Source: the human T2T-CHM13v2.0 reference genome, Homo sapiens. Taken from it: a stretch of DNA of 64,000 nt. The stretch is from NCBI RefSeq assembly GCF_009914755.1, contig NC_060944.1. One strand, 5' to 3'. How positions within the stretch are numbered: the first letter of the stretch is position 1; every line of letters begins with the position of its first letter. The position numbers were made by a program, and so were the translations under genes. The notes under the pieces are model-generated. The model did not search any database. It had not been told where the DNA came from and was given only the letters and a program-made list of their open reading frames with translations. Positions 14,596 through 28,378 of the stretch are shown piece by piece.

Positions 14596-15165
14596 CACTG
14601 TTTTCCTCACCATAAAATTAAGAGAAATTTAATTTTTTTTGGTATCCGTATCTCTAGCAAATATAAGTAATTGAAAGATACAACTGAAGATGAATCATAT
14701 GTTCCATGATTAATGAGGAACAGCCACTTTCTCCGTGGCCTCTTGTCTATCTCATTGATTTTGCATCACCTACCATGCTGCCATGTCTTAGAGCTCTTCC
14801 TAAGATGGATGAGACAGAAGGAGCAAAGGTGTGTTCCACCAGAATGCACTGGTCCCGCCACAGCTGGTGTGCATGCATGAGGTCAAACCCACCAATGTAT
14901 CATCTGACTTGCTGGTATCTAGGCTGTGGCCACATTAAATGTCACGAAGGTCACCTCTGTGGTATGCCTCATGGATGGTAGAGTTGACAAGGCAGAGCAG
15001 AAGGCCCCTAGGACTTGGTGTTCAAATAGGTAGGGGCCGATTCTTCAGTGTTCACCCAGACTGCCATTACCTTCCCTTGCCAGGCTTCACCTCCTGGCCT
15101 GTTTGTTTCTGATGCTTTGCCTTCACGAAGGTGGAAAGCCCTACAGTGGTCTCATAGAGTAATAT

Positions 15166-15175
15166 TCTCTCTTTC

Positions 15176-15242
<67 letters not shown>
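15166..15242. repeat. Compound (TC)n(CA)n microsatellite
   Basis: Seen directly. Confidence 0.97.
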
Positions 15243-15243
<1 letters not shown>

Positions 15244-15260
15244 CTATGAACATAAATTTA

Positions 15261-15575
<315 letters not shown>

Positions 15576-15597
15576 ATTATCATTAACTATAGAGGGT

Positions 15598-16141
15598 GGT
15601 ATTAGGGCTCTGTAGAAGGACAGAACTAACAGGATATATGTATATAGGAAAGGGAGTTTATTAGGAGAATTGACTCTCACCATCACAGGATGAAATCCCA
15701 CAATAGGCTGTCTGCAAGCTGAGGAGCCAGGAAGCCAGTCCAAGTCCCAAAACCTCAAAAGTAGAGAAGCTGATGGTGCAGCCTTCAGTTTGTGGCTGAA
15801 GGTCTGAAAGCCCCTGGCAAATTGCTGGTGGAAGTCCAAGAGTCCAAAAGCTGAAGAACTTGGAGTCTGATGTTGAGGTAGGAAGCATCCAGCACAGGAG
15901 GAAGATGGAGGCCAGAAGACTCAGCCAGTCTAGTCCCTCCACGTTCCTCTGCCTGCTTTGATCCTAGCTGCACTGACAGCTGCCTACATGGTGCCCAACC
16001 AGATCGAGTTGTGTGTCTGCCTCTCCCAGTCCACCAACTCAAATGTTAATCTCCTTTGGCAACACCCTCACAGATACACCCAGGAACAATACCTTGCATC
16101 CTTCAATCCAGTCAAGTTGATGCTCAATATTAACCATCACA
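15598..16141 (-). mobile_element. MLT2A (ERVL) solo LTR, copy 1
   Basis: gacagaactaacaggatata...gcaagctgaggagc...caatattaaccatcaca; TSD agggt/agggc. Confidence 0.9.
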
Positions 16142-16235
16142 AGGGCCTTACAGTAGGAGGTGACAGGATGTACATACGATAACAATATAAGACACAAGTA
16201 TCAGATTGAACACATGAGTTAAATTCTGGTTCTTC

Positions 16236-16957
<722 letters not shown>

Positions 16958-17487
16958 CTAGATTAGCCCAATTGAACACTGAGGTTTAGTCACGTATGAC
17001 TTAAGGAACAGAACTCAATATAGCAAATAAAGTGGCTGGAGACCTACACCAATCATGTGTGGATTGGTTGGGAAAAGGATGGCGTGGAGAAAAGGCAGTC
17101 ATTGTGACTGAACCCATATCCCCAAAGATAAATACAAAAATGCATACCTAAATGTTCTTTTTTAAAAAACTGTATTATTATTAGCTTTAAGGTAGAAAAG
17201 CTGAAGGCAGCAAATTTAGGAAGTGCCTAAAGACAAAGCAAGTTGACTGCTGTGATTATTATGATTCAGAATGCTATGAAATGAGACCCAAGCCTTTTTT
17301 TAAAATTCTAGAAAGGAGACTCCTTAAGAACTCAAATACATTTGGTGTTTGCCTTTTTTTTTTTTTTAATTTTGAAAATAGATCTGGTCGACAAAATTAA
17401 ATTGTTTTCTACCTAAATGTATTCATTCATGCCTATTCATCTTAAAATGTCCTGCCATATATATATTTTTTAAAAAATACATCGTAT

Positions 17488-17514
17488 CAGCGAGACTCCA
17501 TCTCAAAAAAAAAA
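17488..17514 (+). mobile_element. Extremely 5'-truncated Alu (17 nt plus A-tail)
   Basis: cagcgagactccatctc(A)10 between degenerate TSDs. Confidence 0.75.
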
Positions 17515-18358
17515 GTATGTCATATGATGGTCAGCACTTAATTGGTGGTTTCCATCTTTTCTCAGTCCATTTCCTAAAACTCTTTACAATTCTTTCTTCA
17601 TACAGAATTCACCATAGAGAACATAGAGAAGTTAGAATTCATTTCTTTCTCTTTCTGTCTCTTCCTTTTTCTCTAAGTACACATTTTTGTAAGTCTCTGT
17701 AGTAATTTTGGTACTTATGGGCTTTCCATGACTTGGCATTAGGTCAGCAAGAAACAGGCAATAATTTGACACTTTGATATTTGCCAAATTTTTCAAAATA
17801 CTTAATATTCCACTTACTTTTTTTCTCATAATATTGAAATGAGGAATAAAATGGAGAAATAATTTTCAGAGAAAAAGAAATCTTTGGCTCAGCAATTCCA
17901 TTTCAATAAATTTACCATAAAAATAGTAAAATATAATGTTCTAAATTGTATACTTCTGTACTTATTACTGCGTTGTTTATAATAAGAAAAATTTGAAACA
18001 ATTAGTTTACAATAAGAAAACTAAAGAAAACTTTAATGTCCAAAAAATAAAAGCTAAGTTGAAATAATTATACTACATGTATTCAATGAACTCTTCTGTA
18101 ATTTCAAAAGCACATCACCAGTGCGTACAAGAGTGTGATAATAGTTTTATGAATTTAGTTTCATATCAGACACTTACATGTACACAGATATGTCCATATG
18201 TACACATGTATAATATGTGTGTATGTAGTATATGTGTTTGTATATGATTGGTAAAAATACACCAAAATGCTAACAGTGATCCAGTGATAGCATGGATGTT
18301 GTGGAACAAAGCTAGGCTTGGCTTGCCTGGCACAGTAAGACCAGATACCCACACTGAG

Positions 18359-18899
18359 TGTATTAGCCAGCCTCCTGAGGAACAGAACTAATAGGATATA
18401 TGTATATACGAAAGGGAGTTGATTAAGGAGAATTGACTCACACCATCACAAGGTGAAGTCCCACCATAGGCTGTCTGCAAGCTGACGAACAAGGAAACCA
18501 ATAGTAGCTGAGTTGGAGTCCAAAAGCCTCAAAAGTAGGGAAGCTAACAGTGCAGCCTTCAGTCTGTGGCTGAAGGCCCAGGACCCCCCAGCAAACCACT
18601 GGTGTAAGTCCAGGACTCCAAAGGCCAAAGAATCTGAAGTCTGATGTCCAAGGGCAGGAAGCATCCAGCACGGGAGAAAGATGAAAGCCAGAAGACTCAG
18701 CAAGCCAGGTTATCCCACCTTCTTCTGCCTGCTTTTTCTAGCCGCACTGGCAGCCAATGGGATGGTGCCCATCCACATTGAGGGTGGGTCTTCTTCTCCC
18801 AGGCCACAGACTCAGATGTTAACCTTCTCTGCCAACACCCTCACAGACACACCCGGAAACAATACTTTGCATCCTTCAACTTGACACTTACCCATCACA
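18359..18899 (-). mobile_element. MLT2A (ERVL) solo LTR, copy 2
   Basis: tgtattag...catcaca; perfect 5-bp TSD ctgag. Confidence 0.9.
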
Positions 18900-19304
18900 C
18901 TGAGGTTTGCAGTGACAGAAAGGAAGGCCTTTATTGTAGGTGCCAAACAAAGAGGACTGGGCCACAAAGTGCTCAAATCCTGACCTTCCCGATGGCTTGC
19001 AGGAAAGTGTAGTGCAGGGGTAAATTTCAGGAAAGGAGAAGCTACAGGCAAAATTACAAATCAATACACGGAGGTTGCACATTGGTTTAGGCCTAAAACA
19101 GCTGGATATCTTGAAGCAAGGGCTTACAGGTGGTAGGTAGATTCAGAGACTGTCTGATTTGCAATTGGTTACGGAAGAGAAGCTTTGTTTAAAAATCTGG
19201 GGTCAGTAGAAAACTGTTAACTGTCTAGCGGCTGTGACTTTCTCCAAGGAAGAAACTTAGAACAAAAGACGATGGTTAAGGTTCAGTCTTCACCTCCCTC
19301 TTTG

Positions 19305-19803
19305 TTTTTTTGTGCATATATATATATATATTTAATTATACTTTAAGTTCTAGGGTACATGTGCACAACGTGCAGGTTTGTTACATATGTATACATGTGC
19401 CATGTTGGTGTGTTGCACCCATTAACTCATCATTTACATTAGGTATATCTCCTAATGCTATCCCTCCCCCCTCTCCCAACCCCATGACAGGCCCTGGTGT
19501 GTGATGTTCCCCTTCCTGTGTCCAAGTGTTCTCATTGTTCAATTCCCACATATAAGTGAGAACATGCAGTGTTTGGTTTTTTGTCCCTGTGATAGTTTTC
19601 TCAGAATGATAGTTTCCAGCTTCATCCATGTCCCTACAAAGGACGTGAATTCATCCTTTTTTATGGCTGCATAGTATTCCATGGTATATATGTGCCACAT
19701 TTTCTTAATCCAGTCTATCATTGTTGGACATTTGGGTTGGTTCCAAGTCTTTGCTATTGTGAATAGTGCTGAAATAAACATACCTGTGCTTGTGTCTTTA
19801 TAG
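19305..19803 (-). mobile_element. L1PA (PA4/5-like) 5'-truncated 3' end
   Basis: ttatactttaagttctagggtacatgtgcacaac; ORF 19539-19781(-) ALFTIAKTWNQPKCP...KKMWHIYTMEYY is the ORF2p C-terminus. Confidence 0.95.
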
Positions 19804-20784
19804 CTGAGGTCTATGTGCTAGTGGGTCCATTTCATGGGGGTCCTCAGTGGGGCCTTAAGCTTCTGAAAAACAACTCTGGGACAAATGTTAACATGTTATC
19901 ACTGGTTTCTATGGGGAAAGCAAACATTTTTGGAACTCTGTCTTCGTTAACTATTGTTTTAGACCTCTATGCTTTAACAAGTTGCTTATTCACATCTGGG
20001 TCTAGCTAGGTTCCTGGAATTTTCCTTGAAGGAACTTAGGCTTTTCCTTTATTTCCATGCTTGGGGGTCTGCAGGCTCCTAAAAAGGAGGTCCTCATTCT
20101 GTCTCGTGGATGAATATTTTCTTTCTCTAAAATGGTTTTCTGTATTTTCCAAATTTTCTGCAGTGAACATGCATTATTTGTATAATCAGAAAAACAATGA
20201 AGACCAGATCAATTAAAACCTAACAAAAAGAAGCCTAGTGCCAATAGTCTTGATATTTCCTTCTTATATGCAAAGAATAAAGACATTATATCATCTTATT
20301 CTAGCTTTAAAACAAAATGAAACAAAAATGCTGGAACAACCTTGAATAGATATATATCATAAGATGTGCAATCAGTATCAGGAGCTGCATTATCCTGTGC
20401 ATGGAGCTCAGAACAGACCACAAGATTATGCAGCTCCCTTTGTTACTTGTCATTCTTATGAAGCTGTCATCTCATTTCTCAAAGGAATTTCCAGTCTGTA
20501 ATGTTACCTTTCCCACAGTGCCTTATTTCCAACAAAAATAGTAAGAGGGCATTAGGTCTCAATTCCCTTTGCTTTATATTCTCTCCTTAACCGAAAAGAA
20601 AACTAATTAAATATGTTTTCCTTGATCAAATGCTTTTTTACCCCTAAGCATCCTGGAAAGTGGTCTCAGAGTCAATATTTTGGGGATGATGCCTTCTCTA
20701 CAGAATGAATTTCTCCAAGCTCAACTAAAATGGTCAAAGGTCTATCCACATTTTAAAAAATTAAGAATTTACCAGACACTTTTC

Positions 20785-20951
20785 TTTCTATTTATTTACT
20801 TTTGAGGATAAGGTCTCATTCTATTTCTCAGTCTGTAGTGCAGTGGTGCAATCGTAGCTCCTTGAAACCTTGAACGTCTTGGCTCAAGCAATTCTCCAGC
20901 CTCAGCCTCTCAAAGTGTTGGGATTACAGGTGTGAGCCACTGTACTTGGCT
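20785..20951 (-). mobile_element. Alu monomer (FRAM-like)
   Basis: Single degenerate arm ending gggattacaggtgtgagccactgtacttggc. Confidence 0.8.
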
Positions 20952-21219
20952 CATTTTTTTCCTTTTTAAAAATTCTGTTGTTGAATTATTTAAATCATAT
21001 TAACAGCACATAAAGGTTGGTGAAGTAAGAAAGTGGGGGTGGTTAGAGAGAGAAAAAGGGAAAGCATACCTCTTTTTTCTTATTCATTTTTCATTTAAAA
21101 TTATGTGTGAGTTCTTCAATAGACTGTCATAGTACTCAGGAACAGGTGCGTGCGTGCGCACAGACACACGCACGTGTGACTCTACCCACTCCCTGATAAA
21201 AATGTGTTCAATGTTTAAC

Positions 21220-21528
<309 letters not shown>

Positions 21529-21824
21529 AATGTTTAACTTTCTAGCAAAAAGACAAACTTCATGCAAGCAGGAACTGGGCTCATTTTGTTCACTCTGTTA
21601 TCTCCCATCTTTGGAACAGTGAGTACCGCAGAGGAGATGGTCTGTACATATTTTCTATATGAGAGGTAGATTTTTAAGGTATAAGGAACAATAGTTGGTC
21701 AATTAAGGAGCCTCTTACGTCCTTGTATGAAAACAATCCTATATTGTTTTACTTTGTCTTGAATTTTGTGAACCAATATACTGGCTACTATGTTCAGAGA
21801 ATGTAGAGCAGCCCTGGTATATCT

Positions 21825-23310
21825 TCTTTTTATTTAGAAATAGTTTTAAACTTAGAAAAAAACTTAATACAAGAAACTTTTTCCCCTAAATCATTTGAGA
21901 GCAAGTTGCTCACATGCTATCCTATCACCAACCAATATTTTAGTGTGTGTTTCCACAAGCGAGGACATTATTCTACATAACTGCAATACAGCCATCAAAC
22001 TCAGGTCATTAACATTGACATATTACTACCATCTAATTCATACACCCCATTCAAATTTCTTCAGTTGTTCCAATAATGTTATTTATGACAAAAAATCCAA
22101 TCCAGGATCACACATTGCATTGAACTGTCATGTGTCTTTAGTCTCCTTCCAACTGGGACAGTTCCTCAGTCTTTCCTTGACTTTCATGACACTGATGGAA
22201 CAGTTTGGAAATCTACAGATGATCTATGTTTTAGGATGTCTCCCAATTTAAGTTTGTCTGATATTTCCTCATAATTGGACCAGGTTATTCATTTGGGGCA
22301 AGAAGGTCCCAGTTGTGATGGCCGCATGTGTGTCACACACTCCATCAGGTGGCATTCGATCCTGACTTTTCCCATTCGTGTTGAAATTCACTTTGATCAC
22401 CTCCCAGTTTCTCCAATGGAAGTTGCTCTTTTCCTTTTGAAATTAGTATGAATGTCATGGGAAGGTAACTTGAGAATACGTAAATATCTAATTCCTCGGC
22501 CAGGTACAGTGGCTTACACCTGTACTCCCAGCACTTTGGGAGGCTATGGTGGGATAATTACTTGAGGTAAGGAGTTCAAGACCAGCCTGGGTATTATAGC
22601 AAGACCCTGTCTCTACAAAACGTAAAAGAAATAGCTGGGTGTGGTAGTGTATGCCTGTAGTCTAAGCTACTCAGGAAGCTGAGGCAGGTGGATCATTTGA
22701 GCTCAGGAGTTTGAGGTTGCAGTGAGCTATGTTCACACCATAGCACTCCAGCCTGGATGACACCGTGAGAACCTGTCTCCAATTTAAAAAAAAAAAAAAT
22801 CCAATTCTTCATGAAATTCTTACTCATTAGTTCTATATCCATTGATATCCCTTGGATAAACTATTACTATGATGATTGCTAAATGATGATTGTCTAATTC
22901 CATCATTCTGTCTATATCTATTGACATTCTACTATAGGAAGATTTGTTCTTTCTCATTAATTTTTATTGGCAAAATCTCATGAGTTCGTATTTTGTTCAA
23001 TTGATAAAATTCATTATCATTATCCATTTTGATGTTTAAATTTATTTGACATCCTGGAAGCCCTTTCAAGTTGACATCAGTTTCATTTGTCACAGCTATG
23101 ATTCTCTGAGAACGTTCTTATTTTCTGGCTGAAAACACTCTGTACTTACCTAGTTCTGCCCCAGCCCTGGTATCAGGCTTTATTCTAAGAAGCTTTGATT
23201 TCTTTTGGTAGAGAATGGTATTTAGAAACCAAGAACTGGACTCTAATTGTGCTGATTGGTTTTGAGTTATCAATATACTGGCTTTCTCAGAGAACACAGC
23301 TTGGGTATGT
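21825..23310 (-). mobile_element. L1MC (MC4/5-like) 3' end
   Basis: aatcatttgagagcaagttgc...ctacataactgcaatac...aatccaatccaggatcacacattgcattg...tggtatttagaaaccaaga. Confidence 0.8.
22498..22799 (+). mobile_element. Alu (AluJ)
   Basis: Diverged dimer; TSD atctaattcctc/atccaattcttc. Confidence 0.93.
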
Positions 23311-24239
23311 ATATATATTTATAAAGTTTAATTAACTTTTCTCCCTTTTCATGTGTGTACACCCTTTCTCCAACAGTGTAAAAGTTGGTTACTGTTATAC
23401 TTAGTATATTTACTCAGAGATCACTTGATTTCTGAGACTTTGTGCCAGGCCTCTACTGTCACTCTTACCTATAAGCACCCTCTTCACCTATTTCAAGCTC
23501 TTCTTCATCCAGTATTTATGAGCCACATTCAATGTGGCACTCACATTCCAAAGATAGTAGATAGAGAAGTGAACCAAATAAACATGGTCTCTGTTCCCAT
23601 GAAGCCTGTCTTCTACCTGGAAAGCACTGAGATAGATTTGAATTTTAATTGTTTTTTTTTTTTTTTTTTTTTTTTTTTAGTGGTCACAAAACTTCATCAG
23701 GCAGTCACATAAACCATAAGGAGGTTAAAGGCAAACATATGCAGAAACATTTTAAACAGATTCACATGTAGGTCAACATTCATAGAGATTTTCCAGCAAT
23801 AATGCTTTTCTAGAAAAGGTTTATTAAAGATATCAGTCAATTGTAAGAATTATGATCTATAAATGCTATTCATCACCACCTAGAATATATATCAGACATC
23901 AAAGTATTAACTTCTTTGAGTAATTTTTTTTCTAGTTAAATCTTCATTGTCAGACCTCACTTAGATGCAAATTCTTTAAGAGAAATCTTCCAGAGAAGCT
24001 TAAATTATAAAAGCCATATAAGTAGAAACACTGTATGTAAGTGGAAGTGGGGTCTAGGAAGCTTTCCCCACCTTCTTCCCCTTCTGTGCAATCCATGGAG
24101 CAACTCTGTAGAACACAGTTTGAAATCCTGGGCTACTTAAATGCCCTACTTTTTTTTTTTTTTAGCAAACCTGAAAAACTTCATTCCTTTATGTGGTCAA
24201 GAAATAATTACTATGCATCTTTTCTGTACCTAGTAATAT

Positions 24240-24740
24240 ACTAGGTGCCATAGAAAAAAGAACAGAAGCCTGGAAAGGTCCACTTTTATCTCACTGAGTT
24301 TGCAGACTTCTAGGAATAGAGGCAGCATACAAGTAAGCAAACACAAAGATATTTCCAGACTGATGTAAAACATGTGAAGAAAACCCATGAAGCTGCAAGG
24401 GAGCATTGTGGCAATCCTAAGCACTTTATAATAGCGTGGCTTGGAAGAACCTTCATAAAGTGGTGATACTGAAGCTGAGTCCTCGGTAATGTAGATCCAG
24501 GCATGAGAATGGTGGGCAAAAGTGATAAGATAATTTTAGACAGAGGGAACCGTGTGCATAAAGGAGCTGAGGCAGGAAGAAGCAGGCATATTCCTAAGAA
24601 CCTTGCGGCCACTATAGTTGGGAACCATAGATCAAGGATAAGAGGATAAGTTAGTTAGGAAGAGGCCAGTTTTTGCAGGGCTTTGTTTAGGAGTTTAGAT
24701 TTATTCTTAGACATGGGAAGTCGCTGTAGAATAATGATTG
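24240..24740 (-). mobile_element. L2 LINE fragment
   Basis: gacagagggaaccgtgtgcataaagg...ttaggagtttagatttattct. Confidence 0.72.
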
Positions 24741-24744
24741 AATA

Positions 24745-25245
24745 AGGTGTTCGTCATATTTTGGCTACCTAGCAGCTCACCTTCTTCCTGTGTTTGGGAG
24801 GATTATCCACTGTATGAGTCCTGGGAATCACTGCTCACCCCCTGTCTCCTTCTCCTAGTGGAGTTCTTCTCTCTCAGGCACTTACAGTGAGAGAAGCATG
24901 GCACAAGATCAGGGCTTAGTCAGTCCTATGCCCCTTTCCAGAGCTTTGAACCTGGAGGAGAGTAAGGGAGCACAGCAGAGGAGAAAATTTCCTCCCACTG
25001 CACAGTCCTAATTAAATGGCTCTTCCTGGGCCATGGCAATGGGTCCTGTGGCTTGTCTTCCTTGGCAATGGGTCCTGTGCCTTGTCTTCCTTGGCAATAG
25101 GTCCTGTGGCTTGTCTGCCTTTGAGGCTTTATTTCTCCACCCTGGCTCCCCAGCCTTTCTGTCCATCTGGCAAGTGCTCAACATTCCTCTAACTAATTTT
25201 TCTGCATAAGTTACTATCTTGTATACAATCAAGAACTATGGCTGT
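24745..25245 (+). mobile_element. Old ERVL LTR (LTR16/LTR33-like), inserted in L2
   Basis: Degenerate LTR-like ends; L2 resumes at about 25248. Confidence 0.4.
25034..25120. repeat. 29-bp minisatellite, 3 copies
   Basis: tggcaatgggtcctgtggcttgtcttcct at 25034, 25063 and 25092. Confidence 0.92.
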
Positions 25246-25847
25246 TGAAAAAGATATCTCTGGCCACTAGATGGAGATAGAGAAGGCTAGAACAGAGGAA
25301 AAGGTGGCCTTGATTTGGGTAACAAGGTGATGATAATGGAGAAAATTCAGAGTAGAGATGAATACCCAAGAGTAGGTAAAAAAAAAAAGCCTCTCAGGTT
25401 GGGGAAGAAAACAGCTGTTAGTAAGGCCGTGAACTTTCCTTCACATGAGAATTCTGAAGCTAGCCTTTGGCTACAACCCAAAGTATACTGAATTAAGGTT
25501 TTGGTAAAAATAAAGCCACTGTTTAACAAGCTCCCTTACTTGCATTTTCAGTTATAGCAGATAGTGAGAAGCATATACGAAGTAGAAGTGAGGTGGGAAA
25601 AGTAGCACTGTTAGAGTCCATTGGTTCTTTTTACCTTTGCATCCTTTTTGAAAGCAACATTTTCATTCAGCTCAGCACAAAGATGCATGTTCAGAATCAT
25701 AACCCTAGGCGAGCAGTTGTAAATACTCTGGAAGATGTGGTTTGTTTTTTGTTTTGTTTGTTTGGCTTGTGCCGCATTGAAAAATGAATTAGTTGTCAAC
25801 ATTAACAAATAGGAAGACTGGATTTTATTGCAAAAATGTTTAGCTTG

Positions 25848-26143
25848 GGCTGGGTGCAGTGGCTTATGCCTATAATCTCAGCACTTCGGGAGTTTGAGGC
25901 AGGAGGATCACTTTAGTCCAGGAGTTTGAGACCAGCCTGGACAGCATGGCAAAACCTAGTCTCAAAAAAAAAAAAAAAAAAAAAAACTTAGCTGGGCATA
26001 GCGGCCTGGGCCTGTAGTCCTAGCTACTCAAGAAGCTGAGGTGGGAGGATTGCTTGAGCCCCCGAGGTCGAGGCTGCAGTGAGCCGAGATCACAACAGTG
26101 CAATCTATCTTGGGTGACAGAGGGAGATCCTGTTTCAAAAAAA
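25848..26143 (+). mobile_element. Alu (AluJ) with expanded A23 linker
   Basis: Dimer; TSD gtttagctt; flanks are MER102-like. Confidence 0.93.
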
Positions 26144-27132
26144 GTTTAGCTTTTCTGTAGAAGAATTTTGAGCAGCTCCTTCTAAAAAGGAAATGTACAC
26201 CTCCATTTTGCCACAGTCACCACACTCCCTCTTGGCTCTCTTGGCAAATATTTGTGTTACTTGTTAACTCTCACGGGCATTTGATTTTGAAATTTCCTAA
26301 AGATACCAACAAAAGTTTGAATTCTGTTTCATGTATGTTTAAAAATATGAACATGAATGACAATATGAGGAATATTCCTATTAATGTCATTAAAATACTT
26401 ACATGGTAGGAATTAAATCTCATTATCTGACTCTTTAATAATGAAGATGGAATCAAGCATTGTTCTATAGCCATATTTCCTGATAATTGTTTACTATAAG
26501 ATATTTTTTGATAGTCTTATGAAACAAAGAGATGAGGATGGTATTATATAGGGCAAATTTTGGCTCAGGTAAACATGATTGTTTTTCTAATTTGGGAGGA
26601 AAATTCTTTTGTGAAAATAATCCAAGAGTTGCTTTGCCTTTTCTTCTCTCATGAATAGTTAACTTCCGAGGTACTTGGGATCTTCTTTTGAATTTTAATC
26701 TCTTTTCCTACTTTTCTGTACTTCTAGACATGTTCAAAGTCATATGAATTGTACAGATGTAAGACAAGTCTTAAAAAATCATAGAGAGTATCACAGGAAA
26801 GCATTATTGAAAAGACATTACTAGTAGATATTTGACTAACCATAGGGTTTTAAGTTGAAAATAAATTGGAGAACTTTTTGATCAACTTTTTCACTGGGCA
26901 TTGGGGAATCTGAGACATTAATTTTTAAAAGACTTTACTACAACCAGAGATGACTTTATAGTGAGATTCAGAGAACATGCTACTGGATTTCAAGTTCAAT
27001 TAGGATAAAATCTCAGTTCCAACTCGTGCATACAGTTCCTTTGTAATCTGTTTCTTGCCTGCCTCCCTGACTCTCACCTTTTTCTGACATGGCTCACTAA
27101 ATTCAGCTCACACTTTTAGAACACACTGATGT

Positions 27133-27420
27133 GGGAGGCTAGGCTTAGAGTGAGGCAAGGGAAACATCACTTTACATTTTCTCCCTCACCCCACCTCCCA
27201 CCTTAAGTTTCGTGCCCTGGTAAGGCACTCACCACAGGCACAAAATTTAAGGGGACACAAAAACATAGTAATCAAGAGAAATCACATTTAATATAGTATT
27301 AAAAAAATAAGTATCAATGCAAAAATATCTATGATGGACAACCTACCAACATTTTAAATACAGATCAGTGTTCTGTGTAGCCACAGTGGATCTTGAGGTG
27401 AAGGGAATTACATGTACCCA
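27133..27420. mobile_element. MER96B-like hAT-Tip100 element
   Basis: gtgaggcaagg...caaaatttaaggggac...gtaatcaagagaaat...aatgcaaaaatatctatgatg. Confidence 0.6.
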
Positions 27421-27434
27421 TATTCAGGTTTTAA

Positions 27435-27736
<302 letters not shown>

Positions 27737-28378
27737 AATGTAGTTTTTAATCGTTATTTTTTTTTTCTGAAACATTGAAGTTGTGGAAAATATATTGAAT
27801 AATTGAAAAGTGGGTGTATTAAAACGGATAACATTAATATAGGCTCAGATATCTTATACTAACAACAGAATTTATTACAATTTTAATTTCCTGGATTTAA
27901 TGGAAGCAAACTTGTTGATACTATTCTAAAAAATAGCTCCCTTATTTATCTCATTTTCAACTGAGAGATTCACTATGACCATTTCTCTTGTCTAAGCGAC
28001 CACCTTGAATAATCTTCAATAAAGTAAATTAAGTGTTAATATGGCCTCTGAGAAACAGCACACCCTTGCCCACCTAGGTTATAAACAAATTGAGGACAAA
28101 ATGAAATGACGGAGTGATAGCTAAAGGTCAAAATATCACCTTGATTCCTACAGAGGCTGATTTGGAAGACTTGCTTGAGGCTTATTCAGACAAGAAAGCT
28201 TATTAGTTCTAAATCTCATGGTTGGGTAGACAAAACCAGCATATCAGGGCAGGGCTCCTTCTTCTCCTTCCCTAAGAGGGCAGAGCTGTCTCTGAAGAAG
28301 CAGAACTAGAGGCTACTCCCTTAGGGCATGGAGCTGGGTCCTGAGACAAAGGATGCAAATCAGTTAAACATGAACAGT

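Larger units (their letters stand above)
18297..20106 (-). mobile_element. ERV1 solo LTR (MER67-like), interrupted twice
   Basis: tgttgtggaac...cagtaagaccagataccc; far end ctggaattttccttgaaggaac...tttatttccatgcttggggg...tctgtctc; 4-bp TSD tgga. Confidence 0.7.
17880..20200 (+). mobile_element. L1ME-type 3' end, split by an LTR nest (L1 parts about 17880-18296 and 20107-20200)
   Basis: cagcaattccattt...caccaaaatgctaacagtg, resuming ttttctgtattttccaaattttctgcagtgaacatgcattatttgtataat. Confidence 0.65.

Noticed and set aside
25261-25279. CTCF-like motif tggccactagatggagata
   Set aside because: Mismatch at a highly conserved core C, and it lies in L2-derived sequence.
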